Assembly (NCBI GenBank): GCA_964522375.1
Contig: CAZFVB010000002.1
Location: forward strand, 3,752-67,751
Length of the DNA stretch: 64,000 bases
From: an uncultured Chloroflexota bacterium
GTDB taxonomy: Bacteria; Chloroflexota; UBA11872
Direction: 5' to 3'
In this document: positions 40,639 to 50,258 of the stretch, piece after piece
How positions within the stretch are numbered: the first letter of the stretch is position 1
Layout of the letters: the number at the start of each line of letters is the position of its first letter
Translations under genes and position numbers: made by a program
The notes under the pieces: generated by a model
Database searches by the model: none
Seen by the model: the letters and a program-made list of their open reading frames with translations, nothing else
Told to the model about the DNA's origin: nothing

Positions 40639-40880
40639 TACGACGGCACTTTGATAACAGCAGATGGCACTGAGAGAGAGACTCTGTCTCGGCCGAGAGC
40701 ACGACGACCTTCAACAGGTTCCATCGCGATCAAGATCGTTCGATAGGCTTCCAAAGCAATCCGCCCCTCATCAACACCGGACAACGATTGCAGGCGATAA
40801 AAACCCCATGTGACATCTGCCTAACCCGCCGTTGAATGCAACTACGCAAGCTACACCATGCAGAGCACAGGTCTTCTGGC

Positions 40881-42272
40881 TCAGCCACAAATACCCCTTG
40901 ACTCAACACTCGCTGCAGCCTCAGCATGCGACTCGACAAAACCAAGTGCAAGCTCCCGCGCACGCTCCAAGTCATGGGGCTCAAGAGCCCCGTCAAGCAC
41001 AAGATCGAGCAAGTATTGCTTAATCGGCTTGATCCAAATTCCCGGCTCTCGACCAAACAATTCCATCAAGGCATGCCCATCAAGCGGGGATTCAAGGGCC
41101 GCAACATCCTGTTCAGCCTGTAATTGCTCACACCGCGCCTGCAATTCCGCCACTCGTGCTAGACCGGCTTCAACCCGTCTCGGACGATAGCTGGTGATAT
41201 CTGCTCGAGATAATGCAAGAAGGGACTGAAGTTCATCTCCAGCTTCACGAATGAAACGGCGCACAGCGCCGTCGGTCCAATCCGTCTCGTACGAATTGGC
41301 CCGCATATGCAAGCGGACAATGTGAATCACGCTGTCCATCAATCGGCCGTCAACCTTAAGCCGACGCAGTATGCGAGCCGCAATCCTCGCCCCCCGTTCC
41401 TCATGTCCAAAGAACCGTACTCGTCCACGACGAATAGTCTTTGTTTCGGGTATGCCTACATCATGAAACAGTGCGGCCCAACGAAGTTGAGCCATGTCGG
41501 GAACGCCGGCTACTACCCGCATGGTGTGGCCGAAAACATCCTTGTGCTGTCGCTTTTCTTCCTGCTCGGTTTGTTGCAACGGAATAAGTTCGGGTATCAC
41601 TAAATCCAGAATTCCGAGTTCAAGCATCATGACAAGACCACGATCAGGCCGGCGGGCCAGCAGAATCAACTCAAGTTCAGCCGCAATACGCTCAACGCTG
41701 ATGTTGGAAAGTTCGCGGGCATTACGACGTACTGCTGCGGCAGTGTCCGCCTCTACTTCAAAATCGAGTTGGACTGCAAATCTCACACAACGAAGCACAC
41801 GCAAGGGATCCTCACGGAACCTTTCATCCGGTACGCCAACGGCCTTGATTTGACCGGAAACCACGTCAGCCACCCCACCATGCGGATCAATGATCTGCCC
41901 AGACTGAACATCTTGGGCCATCGCATTTATCGTGAAATCCCGGCGACCAAGATCTTCTTCGAGTGAAGTCCCAAACTGTACCTCCGGCTTCCTTGAACCA
42001 GATTCGTAAATCTCCGACCTAAAGGTCGTAATCTCCAATTTCTGTTGTTCGAAAATGACCCCGATCGTCCCAAACCGCTCACCAACCGAATAGATGTCGG
42101 AAGCACCCGCACGACGAGCTAGCACCTTGATACGGTCGGGGTGGGCATCAGTCGTTAGATCAATATCGTGCGGAGCACGTCCCATTAGTCGGTCACGAAC
42201 CGGGCCTCCGACCAAATATAAATCGAAACCGGCCTGTCTGAACACGCGTGCAAGACGTCCAGTAGGATTCAT
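40881..42272 (-). CDS. CCA tRNA nucleotidyltransferase / poly(A) polymerase family protein with HD domain
   Basis: GGPVRDRLMGRAPHDIDLTT (PolyA_pol head, DxD) and a downstream HD motif LFHDVGIPET...HE. Start chosen at MNPTGRL (42272). Confidence 0.8.
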   Translation of the reverse strand: MNPTGRLARVFRQAGFDLYLVGGPVRDRLMGRAPHDIDLTTDAHPDRIKVLARRAGASDIYSVGERFGTIGVIFEQQKLEITTFRSEIYESGSRKPEVQFGTSLEEDLGRRDFTINAMAQDVQSGQIIDPHGGVADVVSGQIKAVGVPDERFREDPLRVLRCVRFAVQLDFEVEADTAAAVRRNARELSNISVERIAAELELILLARRPDRGLVMMLELGILDLVIPELIPLQQTEQEEKRQHKDVFGHTMRVVAGVPDMAQLRWAALFHDVGIPETKTIRRGRVRFFGHEERGARIAARILRRLKVDGRLMDSVIHIVRLHMRANSYETDWTDGAVRRFIREAGDELQSLLALSRADITSYRPRRVEAGLARVAELQARCEQLQAEQDVAALESPLDGHALMELFGREPGIWIKPIKQYLLDLVLDGALEPHDLERARELALGFVESHAEAAASVESRGICG

Positions 42273-42288
42273 AAAGATGTCGCCTGAC

Positions 42289-42981
42289 CTAGGCGGGGCG
42301 AGACAAATACCAGCTGATTCTCCGCAATTTCCCAACCATCCCACACGCTGATCTTACACGTTCATTTAGTCGACTCAGGATTTCTCGTGGTCCGCCAAGC
42401 AGCCGACGAATCCCAACATCTACAACAAACAGTACAAGAGCAATTACCAACAAGTGGGTCCGATCGAATCGTTTCTCGTGACCGTGGAGCTTCGGCAACA
42501 ACTTCACGTCATCAATAGAATTAAGTCTTACACCGCCCGTCAGTATCGCGACCCGACCCAACACGTTCGAATCAGCGTTCACACGGCGATTATCACTAGC
42601 TGCCGGCACCACTACGCCACCCAAACCAATATCAGTCCGATCAGGAGACGTCATTGCGTCAACCCGAATCTCATAGGCCCCAGGCGCCAGATCACGAACT
42701 TCCGCCCGATACCGACCAGGAGCATTCTGCACAGCGTTAACCGTTCGATCTTTTCCATCAGGACCAATTATGGATATTTGCACGTCACGCCCGTCGACAA
42801 ACTTAAGATTTATGTCAAACCATTCAACCGTAATCTGTGTCAGTCCGTCGGCATAACTGGCATCAACATACGGCACTCCTCCACGAAGCCCCCGGGCGGC
42901 GGAGCCGCCCAATCTGTCGCTTGACCAATAAACGATGAAAACATCTCCCAGTTGCGCCAATCGCTCGCCCACTCCGTACCG
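42289..42981 (-). pseudogene. C-terminal TM-anchored segment in an alternative frame, probably the continuation of the upstream vWA gene across a frameshift (or sequencing indel)
   Basis: The 133-nt stretch 42840-42972 is open in two minus-strand frames. The 227-aa frame has no credible start near the other frame's stop and ends with a TM helix (LLVIALVLFVVDVGI). A C5/G3 homopolymer at 42889-42896 lies inside the overlap. Confidence 0.4.
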
Positions 42982-44933
42982 TCATCCGACATCCACGCAA
43001 CAACACGACCACGACCAAAATGCCATTGGGCAAGGATTGGATCGTTGCGATCGGACACCAACACTAATTCCGCTTCAGGTTTCGGACGCGTCCGAACAAA
43101 CCCGGTCAAATCAGGAAGGACCCGGCCGGCAAGCTCGCCGGAAAAAATCGGACTGGCAGCACGAAGCCTCGGCTGAAATTTGTACTCGGCGATTGCATAC
43201 TGGCCAGCAGTTCGAGCTTCTGCTGTTAACACCCTCGGAATCGCCTCAGGATCGGGAACAAAGTAATAGCGTCCACCACCGATCCTGGCGATCTTGCTGA
43301 GAAGTCCCTGATCAGAATCCTCCCCAATCGCAATTGTAGAAACAGTCATATCCCGTCGACGCATCGACCGGGTCAGACTCTCAAAATCGCCATGGTGGGC
43401 ACGTCCATCCGTCAAAAGAACTACGTGCTTGATCGATGCATCAACCTGATCTAGCCGGGCTCGTGTAAAAAACATTGCACGATAGAGGTCTGTCGACGTA
43501 CCCATCTTGATGCCACGAATACGATCGATGACGGAATCAACTTGGTCCGACGAAGTAAGTTCACGGGGTGGAACCACCCACTGTGCATCCAGATCGAACG
43601 CCAGCACGCCAAGAACATCGCCTTCGTCCAACAGCTCCGCCGCATCAACGGCGGCCTCCACTGCTAGATCGAACTTGGCATTCCCCTCACTTGTCCCCAC
43701 AGCCATACTTGTCGACTTGTCAATCACCAGTATCAAGGCTAGACGGGGCTCGGGTCTATCTTCCGCAGGGTCGGACCATACCGGCAAAACGTCATCAAAT
43801 GCAGTCCCCTGATATCCGCCCACGGCATAGCTCTGTGGGCCACCCATGACAATTAGTCCGTGGCCGGCTGCCACGTAGCTCCTTAGAGCATCGACGGATC
43901 TCGGACCGAGCGATTCAGCAGAAACATCTACAAGAATCACCACATCATGCGTGGTCAAATCATCGTCATCCATATTTTCCGGCTGTATCCACTGGACTAC
44001 TCTCCCATCGACCAATAGTGCTGCAGCCACCTCGTCATCGGTGCCGACAACAAGCACACTACTTGGATCCAGTACATGCACGAATGTCTCAGCGACGTTG
44101 TTGGATAAACGACTGTCGCCATCCTTCAATAGTTCTCCTCGGAGCCGGTGAAATCCCGGAGCAAGATCTAGAACACCCACTCGATAGGCATGTGTCCCGG
44201 CAGCTATCGGAATCGAAGTGTCACTGACCAACTGGCTCCCGTCCCAAATCCGAAGCCGTGCCAGGGTCTTACGTGGAGATTCAACCCATACTCGGATCTC
44301 TGGCCTCGCGCCAACTCGCACTTTTTCAGGGACTTCCACCATGAGCAGGGACACATCGCTGTTTCGCACAACATCGACCGGCAAAACGGATATAGGCACA
44401 CCGCGTGCCGCAGCCCGATACGCCGATGCTTCCAAAGCCGAACTATCACCAGTCCCGTCAGATATGAGCACCAATTGTCCGCCAGCCTCCGGGTCAAGCA
44501 AACCCAGACCCGTAGCTATGGCCGAGGCGTAGTCAGTCCCACGACCATCTACGCGGTCGGATAGATCAGGAGCTACCTGAAGCCTCTGGGGCACCGAAAG
44601 CACCCTGGCTTCAGCACCGAACTGAATTACACCCACAGGGCTTTGGTGATCTGTGTTCGACAGGTAGTCATCAATAATTTCACTAGATTTGAGCCACTCT
44701 GAAGCCAGCATGCTGTCCGACGTATCAACCAGGAAAACTGTGGCCGGCCGACTATCGCTCCCAATCCAAAACCCGGCCATAGCCAAAACCAGCGCTGTGA
44801 GCGCGACTCCACGAACACCCGTTGCCAAGGTCATCCGTAACTTGGCGTGTCCACTCACGCTGGTCATAGCCCACCACACCACAAGCGGCAGCACACCGAG
44901 AAGTATGAGCAGCCATGGAGTGTCTATCCCCAT
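42840..44933 (-). CDS. vWA-domain protein (BatB-like) with N-terminal double-TM Bat domain
   Basis: VFLVDTSDSM (MIDAS DxSxS), a second vWA-like region and GATase1-like/DUF4159-like C-terminal features. Its 3' end is open in a second frame (see the next feature). Confidence 0.7.
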   Translation of the reverse strand: MGIDTPWLLILLGVLPLVVWWAMTSVSGHAKLRMTLATGVRGVALTALVLAMAGFWIGSDSRPATVFLVDTSDSMLASEWLKSSEIIDDYLSNTDHQSPVGVIQFGAEARVLSVPQRLQVAPDLSDRVDGRGTDYASAIATGLGLLDPEAGGQLVLISDGTGDSSALEASAYRAAARGVPISVLPVDVVRNSDVSLLMVEVPEKVRVGARPEIRVWVESPRKTLARLRIWDGSQLVSDTSIPIAAGTHAYRVGVLDLAPGFHRLRGELLKDGDSRLSNNVAETFVHVLDPSSVLVVGTDDEVAAALLVDGRVVQWIQPENMDDDDLTTHDVVILVDVSAESLGPRSVDALRSYVAAGHGLIVMGGPQSYAVGGYQGTAFDDVLPVWSDPAEDRPEPRLALILVIDKSTSMAVGTSEGNAKFDLAVEAAVDAAELLDEGDVLGVLAFDLDAQWVVPPRELTSSDQVDSVIDRIRGIKMGTSTDLYRAMFFTRARLDQVDASIKHVVLLTDGRAHHGDFESLTRSMRRRDMTVSTIAIGEDSDQGLLSKIARIGGGRYYFVPDPEAIPRVLTAEARTAGQYAIAEYKFQPRLRAASPIFSGELAGRVLPDLTGFVRTRPKPEAELVLVSDRNDPILAQWHFGRGRVVAWMSDDGTEWASDWRNWEMFSSFIGQATDWAAPPPGGFVEECRMLMPVMPTD

Positions 44934-44936
44934 GCC

Positions 44937-46772
44937 TTAACGGACCCCGCGCACCCTGTTAAACAGCCACCACTCACCGACCAGCACCAAGAATGCAGCT
45001 CCGACCAACCAGGGAGCAAGGTCGATTATTTCTTGAGCGACGGTTTTTCTTGTTCCTATGGGATCCATCAACCGAGGCACGGGCGAAAGTTTGGCAGTAC
45101 CACTCCTAACCTTCGGCGAGAACTCGATAGTTGCCTCGCCTATCAGTGATTCCTGAGAAAATTGCTGAACGCTATATGGACCAGGAGCAGTGACGTAAAG
45201 CGTTGCATTACGACCATCGGTAAATTCGGTTTGTGATCCATCAGGGCTAACTACCACTAACCGATCCGCCCGCGGGTGCCTTACTAATTGAACTGGATCA
45301 GCTGAAACGAGCTTGGTCCCGCTCGGAAGCGGCCGAAATGGATCTGCCCAACGAAGAACGTTGGCCCAAAACATGGGATACCAAAACGCCTGACTTACAC
45401 CGGGACCGACCAAGTCCAGACCTACAAATACCGTTCGACGACCATGGACAATCCCGTGGCCTACTACAGCGTGGCCAGCATCTCCAATATCTGCGCTGGC
45501 CCAGCCTGGCACCGTATAGGTCAAATTGTTTGGCAGTTGAATATCACGGGCATCAATCGCTCGCATAATTGGACTCTTAGGCCGAGGAATTGCAAGCAAT
45601 CCTCGTCCGCCCTTTCGCTCCAATGACAGAGCCGGAACATCAGGCGGTCGAACCAATACCACTGAAGCAGCAGGAAATTCAGCCGGCACAAAACCCTGAA
45701 ACACGTAAAGGTCGGCAACCTCAGGATCCTTACGAAATGCGTCGATCCCTGAGGCCACAACACTGACGCCAGGGAACAATTTCAGCACGCGAACGATAGG
45801 GTCTGGATCCTCTCCAACCACCATCACTCTCATCAACATCTCGTCATCCAGAGTCGCAACCGCGTCATCGTCAGCCCCAAACACATCGCTTGGCGAGATC
45901 ACCGAGGCTGTATACCTGTCGACAACTGGCAAACCTTCTACGACCACGATGTTGCTTGCTCCCGGTCCAATCCTCACGCTTCTAACGACGGGAGCCTTTG
46001 ATCCGGGAGAAATTCTCAGGCGCACATCAACCGGTTGACTTCCATCGTTGCGAACGATGACCAGCGCTTGAACACCAGCGCCTACATTTAATCCTCGTCG
46101 AACTTCCAATGCTTCAACGGCGACATTTGAGACGGAAGATCCCACGCCCATTAGACGAACCCCCGCGTACACAGGCGGTGGATCGCCAAGCGCACTGTCT
46201 GTAAAGAGGTATATCTGACCTCCACGATCTGGATCGGCGATAGATCTCGCAACGTCGATCGCAAGCTCCACATGGCCAACCGAACTTTCTGGACCCACCC
46301 CTTCAAGTGACCGGTCGATCGCCACTCGATCAGTTTCATTTGCCACAAGCACCCGAGGAATTTGACCAGCTGCAATCACCGTGATCCGGGCCGACGAGTC
46401 GAGAGATCGAAGAAGACGTCGTGCCTCCGTACGAGCTTTATCCATGCGAGATCCACCATCAGCTTCAATCGCCATTGAAGGCGATGTGTCCATGACCAGA
46501 GCTACCGGCGACCCATGTTCCACAGTGCCGAGCTGTTCAGGACGCGCCAGAGCCAGCGCCACAAGCACAATCGCCAACAATTGAAGGAGCAACACCACAC
46601 GACGTCGAAGCCATGCCAGCCACCCATCAGCTTCACGTTGGCTGATCGTTCGACGCCAGACGAGCAACGAAGCAACAACGATTCGTTGACGGCGGGGCCT
46701 AAGAAGATAAAAAGCCAGAATGAGTCCGGCCAAGGCTGCCCATCCAAGCGAAGCCAACGAGCCCCAATTCAC
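44937..46772 (-). CDS. BatA-like vWA-domain membrane protein
   Basis: N-terminal WAALAGLILAFYLLRPRRQRIVVASLLVW (Bat N-terminal motif) and a vWA MIDAS motif VALVMDTSPSM. Confidence 0.75.
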   Translation of the reverse strand: MNWGSLASLGWAALAGLILAFYLLRPRRQRIVVASLLVWRRTISQREADGWLAWLRRRVVLLLQLLAIVLVALALARPEQLGTVEHGSPVALVMDTSPSMAIEADGGSRMDKARTEARRLLRSLDSSARITVIAAGQIPRVLVANETDRVAIDRSLEGVGPESSVGHVELAIDVARSIADPDRGGQIYLFTDSALGDPPPVYAGVRLMGVGSSVSNVAVEALEVRRGLNVGAGVQALVIVRNDGSQPVDVRLRISPGSKAPVVRSVRIGPGASNIVVVEGLPVVDRYTASVISPSDVFGADDDAVATLDDEMLMRVMVVGEDPDPIVRVLKLFPGVSVVASGIDAFRKDPEVADLYVFQGFVPAEFPAASVVLVRPPDVPALSLERKGGRGLLAIPRPKSPIMRAIDARDIQLPNNLTYTVPGWASADIGDAGHAVVGHGIVHGRRTVFVGLDLVGPGVSQAFWYPMFWANVLRWADPFRPLPSGTKLVSADPVQLVRHPRADRLVVVSPDGSQTEFTDGRNATLYVTAPGPYSVQQFSQESLIGEATIEFSPKVRSGTAKLSPVPRLMDPIGTRKTVAQEIIDLAPWLVGAAFLVLVGEWWLFNRVRGVR

Positions 46773-47653
46773 CGAAGAACTCCGTGCTGCCGTAGGCTAC
46801 GCAGCACAATGTCCTCCACCGACCACTCGGACATGAGGGGAACATATCGAACCCTACGACTATGGCAAAAGCTTCGAAGTTCCTCGATCCATCTACCAAC
46901 CGCTCGACGATAGGCGCGGAGGAGTTCCTCATGACCAAAAATCTCGATAGCCTCTCCTCCTTCTGCATCCACCAACTGAACTTCGTCAGTAAGAAATGGA
47001 TCCACAAAGTTCTCGTCAAGAACATGAAGTACTGTCAGTTCGTGGCCAGCTTTCACCAGTCGACTAACTGATTCTGTAGCGCTCGGGGTAAGCAGATCCG
47101 AAACAAGAATAGAAACACCTTGAGGAAGGTCACGAGCGTTGTAGGCGGCCACGGCTCGGGAAAGATCGGTTTCTCCGGACGGGTGTAGTCGAGCCACAAA
47201 ATCAAAAAATCGTCCGATATGAGAATGTCCATGCCCAGCAGAAAAATCAGTATTTACACCTATGTTCAGGCTGGCTGCCGAGAGCACATCACTACCTGTG
47301 AGCACCCGCCAACCCAAAGCGGCAACAACCGCCCGGGCAGTTTCAAATTTTGACGGACATCCAGACGCCATTGAACCACTCGAGTCCAATAACAAATGCA
47401 CAACAAGAGCTTCCTCTGATTCTCGAACCTTAACGAAAAGCGCATCAGTTCTCGCATACACATTCCAATCGATGTGCCGATAGTCATCTCCTGCGCTATA
47501 CGCACGATGATCAACCACCTCAAGCGAACTGCCGCTCGTTGGACTCCGGCGAGATCCAGTGTGTGCGTAGCCATGGGATCGCCGGGAAACAATCGAAAGT
47601 TGGGATAATCTGGCTCGAAGGACAGCATCGGGCACAAACTCCGAACGATCCAC
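46769..47653 (-). CDS. DUF58-domain protein (MoxR-associated)
   Basis: DYRHIDWNVYARTDALFVKV...LLLDSSGSM is the characteristic DUF58 core; 4-nt overlap with batA. Confidence 0.8.
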   Translation of the reverse strand: MDRSEFVPDAVLRARLSQLSIVSRRSHGYAHTGSRRSPTSGSSLEVVDHRAYSAGDDYRHIDWNVYARTDALFVKVRESEEALVVHLLLDSSGSMASGCPSKFETARAVVAALGWRVLTGSDVLSAASLNIGVNTDFSAGHGHSHIGRFFDFVARLHPSGETDLSRAVAAYNARDLPQGVSILVSDLLTPSATESVSRLVKAGHELTVLHVLDENFVDPFLTDEVQLVDAEGGEAIEIFGHEELLRAYRRAVGRWIEELRSFCHSRRVRYVPLMSEWSVEDIVLRSLRQHGVLR

Positions 47654-47657
47654 AAAA

Positions 47658-48659
47658 TCAGGTATGCCGGTCTCCTGCTTGTGATGTCGTCATAAGAATT
47701 TCATCAAGAATGTTTTCGGAAGAAATGCCATCCGCCTCGGCCTCAAAATTGGGGAGAATCCTATGGCGCATTGCGGGTTTCGCAGCCGCACGCACATCCT
47801 CGAACGCAGCGTTGTACCGACCGTCAAGCAAGGCGTACACCTTGGCAGCCAGTACCATCGCTTGGGCCGCTCGCGGAGAACACCCATATCGCACGTAACG
47901 CTGGGTCATTCCAGGGGCACCGGGTTTGTTGGGATGGGTAGCCTCTACAAGATCAACCACATAACGCTCAACATGCGGGGCTACAACAATTCGTCTTACA
48001 AACTCACTCATTGCAACCAAATCATCTGCGGTTGCAATGCGATCAACGGAGGGACTCCTTGCTCCGGTAGTCTGACCCAGAATCTTGACCATCTCTTCGG
48101 TTGAAGGAAACTCAACAAGCAACTTGAACATGAACCGGTCAATCTGTGCCTCTGGTAGCGGGTATGTCCCTTCCATCTCTATCGGGTTTTGGGTGGCTAC
48201 GACAAAAAATGGCAGCTCAAGTCTGTGAACTTCCCGAGCAACCGAAACCTGCTGCTCCTGCATCGCTTCCAATAAAGCCGATTGCGTTTTAGGCGTAGCT
48301 CGATTTATCTCATCAGCCAAGATCAGGTTCGAAAAAATAGGTCCCGGCTCAAACCGAAAGGCGCGTCTTCCTTTTTCACCATCCATCAACACGTTCGTCC
48401 CCGTAATATCAGCTGGCATCAAATCCGGGGTGAATTGAATACGACTGAATTTCAGATCAAGCACACGTGCTAAGGTTCGAACCAATTCAGTCTTTCCGAG
48501 ACCAGGCACCCCTTCTATCAGGACGTTACGACCTGAAATGAGACATACCACAGTGTCTCGAATCACTTCGCGCTGACCAATAATTACGTTGCTGACTTGA
48601 TCAACCACAGCCGCCGCAAGCCCCTGAAATAGTTGAGCTTGTTGTTCAGTAGTTACCAA
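47658..48659 (-). CDS. MoxR-family AAA+ ATPase
   Basis: Walker A GVPGLGKT, Walker B LILADEINRATP, sensor motifs. A TTG start at 48659 with a GTGAGG SD avoids a 56-nt overlap with the upstream gene (the ORF track gives 48722). Confidence 0.85.
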   Translation of the reverse strand: MVTTEQQAQLFQGLAAAVVDQVSNVIIGQREVIRDTVVCLISGRNVLIEGVPGLGKTELVRTLARVLDLKFSRIQFTPDLMPADITGTNVLMDGEKGRRAFRFEPGPIFSNLILADEINRATPKTQSALLEAMQEQQVSVAREVHRLELPFFVVATQNPIEMEGTYPLPEAQIDRFMFKLLVEFPSTEEMVKILGQTTGARSPSVDRIATADDLVAMSEFVRRIVVAPHVERYVVDLVEATHPNKPGAPGMTQRYVRYGCSPRAAQAMVLAAKVYALLDGRYNAAFEDVRAAAKPAMRHRILPNFEAEADGISSENILDEILMTTSQAGDRHT

Positions 48660-48666
48660 CAGGACC

Positions 48667-50121
48667 TCACTTAGATGAAAAATATCGATAGATCGTCGGC
48701 AGAAAATCGATGGGCGTAACACGACTAAAGTCCCGACGCCCTACTGCCACCCCACCATCCACATCATAAGACGCTTGTTGACGAACGTTGCTCGGCCCCA
48801 CATCGTTCAATCGATACGGCTTCAACTCTGTCCCCTTAGGAACAGGCTCTATTCTGACAACCTCCAAGCGGCCTTCCACACTTAATCGCTCCTTCGAAGA
48901 CAATGCTTCTATATCCCCGTCAACCAGCGTTCCTCCCGAAGCCGAAGAACTCGTCCCCTTACCAGTCACCGAACCCACCAATGATCCAGACACGTCGGAC
49001 GTACCGATAGCGGCAGCTAACTGACGCTCTAAACCTCGAACCTTCCCGTCAATCTGGTTGTTTGTTTCTACCGTGACACCCATTACTTTGACCTCGGATG
49101 CCAAGTTATCCATGGCCGAGCGAGCGTCACTGATACGACCTCGTTCAAGCGCGTCAGCCACGCCCTCTAAACGCGCAGCAAAATCCGAATCATATGGTTT
49201 GGCTTTTAGGGAAGCCTGCCGGAAGCCCTCAGCAAGATTTTCCTGCGAGGCCCTGGTGAGCCCAGAAGCTTGACTGGCCAAGTCGTGTATCGCTGCTACC
49301 GCTGGGCGAAAATCACCACTTGCAAGCGCCCTCCCAACATGCCTGCCTTCTGACGTCAGCCTTAAACTTTCGGACGCCTCCTGAAATGCCGCCGCCGCAT
49401 CGACCGCCCGAGAATCACGTTGTTGCTTAAGCTCGGAAATCGCATACCGAAGCTGTTCAATTCGTGGATCAACAGGCGGTCGGCGGTCAGTCTGTGTTTG
49501 TGCCCCACCACTTTTAGGGACAGCCGCTAACAAGTCTTCATCGGCACGTAGAGCAAACTTACCTGGAGCCCACCCCAAAACCACAACAAGCAGCCATCCA
49601 CCCAATGCACCGGCTGCTATAACCAGAAATATTTTCCCATGCTCATGTAACGCATACGGAAACGAACTGGACTCATCGACCGCATCAAGCACTCGAATTG
49701 CATCATTTTGCTGAAGCCGTCGGATTTCTGGATCCTCGTGAAGACTTGGGACAACCGCCGTTGACAAACGCTCCCGGAGCTGAAGCCGACGATCGTACGC
49801 CAGCGCCACTTCCCGCACCGGTGGCACTACCAATAAACGAGCAGCCAACGTCAAACCACCAAATGTGATGACAAGCACGGTCACAACAATTGACAACGCT
49901 GCAGGAATAAACGCCGCGGCAAAAACACCAAGCACAACGCTCAGACCAGACACTACGAAGATCACACGCGGAGCATCCTGGAACGTTCGATAGTGTTGCC
50001 ACCGCCTGGCAAGGCGTAGCAGTCGCTGTTCAACAGGACCAACTGAATATTCAGAGCGTCGATACATTGGATGAGCCTGAACAGAAAACCTGTGCAAGGC
50101 AGAACGGAAAGACAGCCCCAT
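48667..50121 (-). CDS. Hypothetical membrane-anchored coiled-coil protein of the MoxR module (DUF4350/DUF4129-like?)
   Basis: Two N-terminal TM helices, then a long Ala/Arg/Glu-rich helical region and a Gly/Ser-rich tail. No catalytic motifs. Confidence 0.45.
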   Translation of the reverse strand: MGLSFRSALHRFSVQAHPMYRRSEYSVGPVEQRLLRLARRWQHYRTFQDAPRVIFVVSGLSVVLGVFAAAFIPAALSIVVTVLVITFGGLTLAARLLVVPPVREVALAYDRRLQLRERLSTAVVPSLHEDPEIRRLQQNDAIRVLDAVDESSSFPYALHEHGKIFLVIAAGALGGWLLVVVLGWAPGKFALRADEDLLAAVPKSGGAQTQTDRRPPVDPRIEQLRYAISELKQQRDSRAVDAAAAFQEASESLRLTSEGRHVGRALASGDFRPAVAAIHDLASQASGLTRASQENLAEGFRQASLKAKPYDSDFAARLEGVADALERGRISDARSAMDNLASEVKVMGVTVETNNQIDGKVRGLERQLAAAIGTSDVSGSLVGSVTGKGTSSSASGGTLVDGDIEALSSKERLSVEGRLEVVRIEPVPKGTELKPYRLNDVGPSNVRQQASYDVDGGVAVGRRDFSRVTPIDFLPTIYRYFSSK

Positions 50122-50258
50122 CTACATCTCCTCGAGCCCCATATAAGCCAGTTCGTCGATTTCAAGCACGGGGGTCATCTCTCGGAACAAGCCATCGGCC
50201 AATACGCTGTGCTTCGTGGCCAGCACTTCGAATGCCCCACACAAAATATTGGTACCGG

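Noticed and set aside
40730-41056. 108-aa minus-strand ORF spanning the CCA/AKR intergenic region
   Set aside because: Its N-terminal two-thirds overlap the 3' end of the CCA-enzyme gene in another frame. Only a 28-codon ATG-initiated remnant is intergenic (reported as a low-interest finding instead).
48660-48722. ATG start of moxR at 48722 given by the ORF track
   Set aside because: It would overlap the upstream gene by 56 nt and adds 21 non-conserved residues. A TTG at 48659 with a GTGAGG SD 5 nt upstream gives a conventional arrangement. This choice is uncertain.
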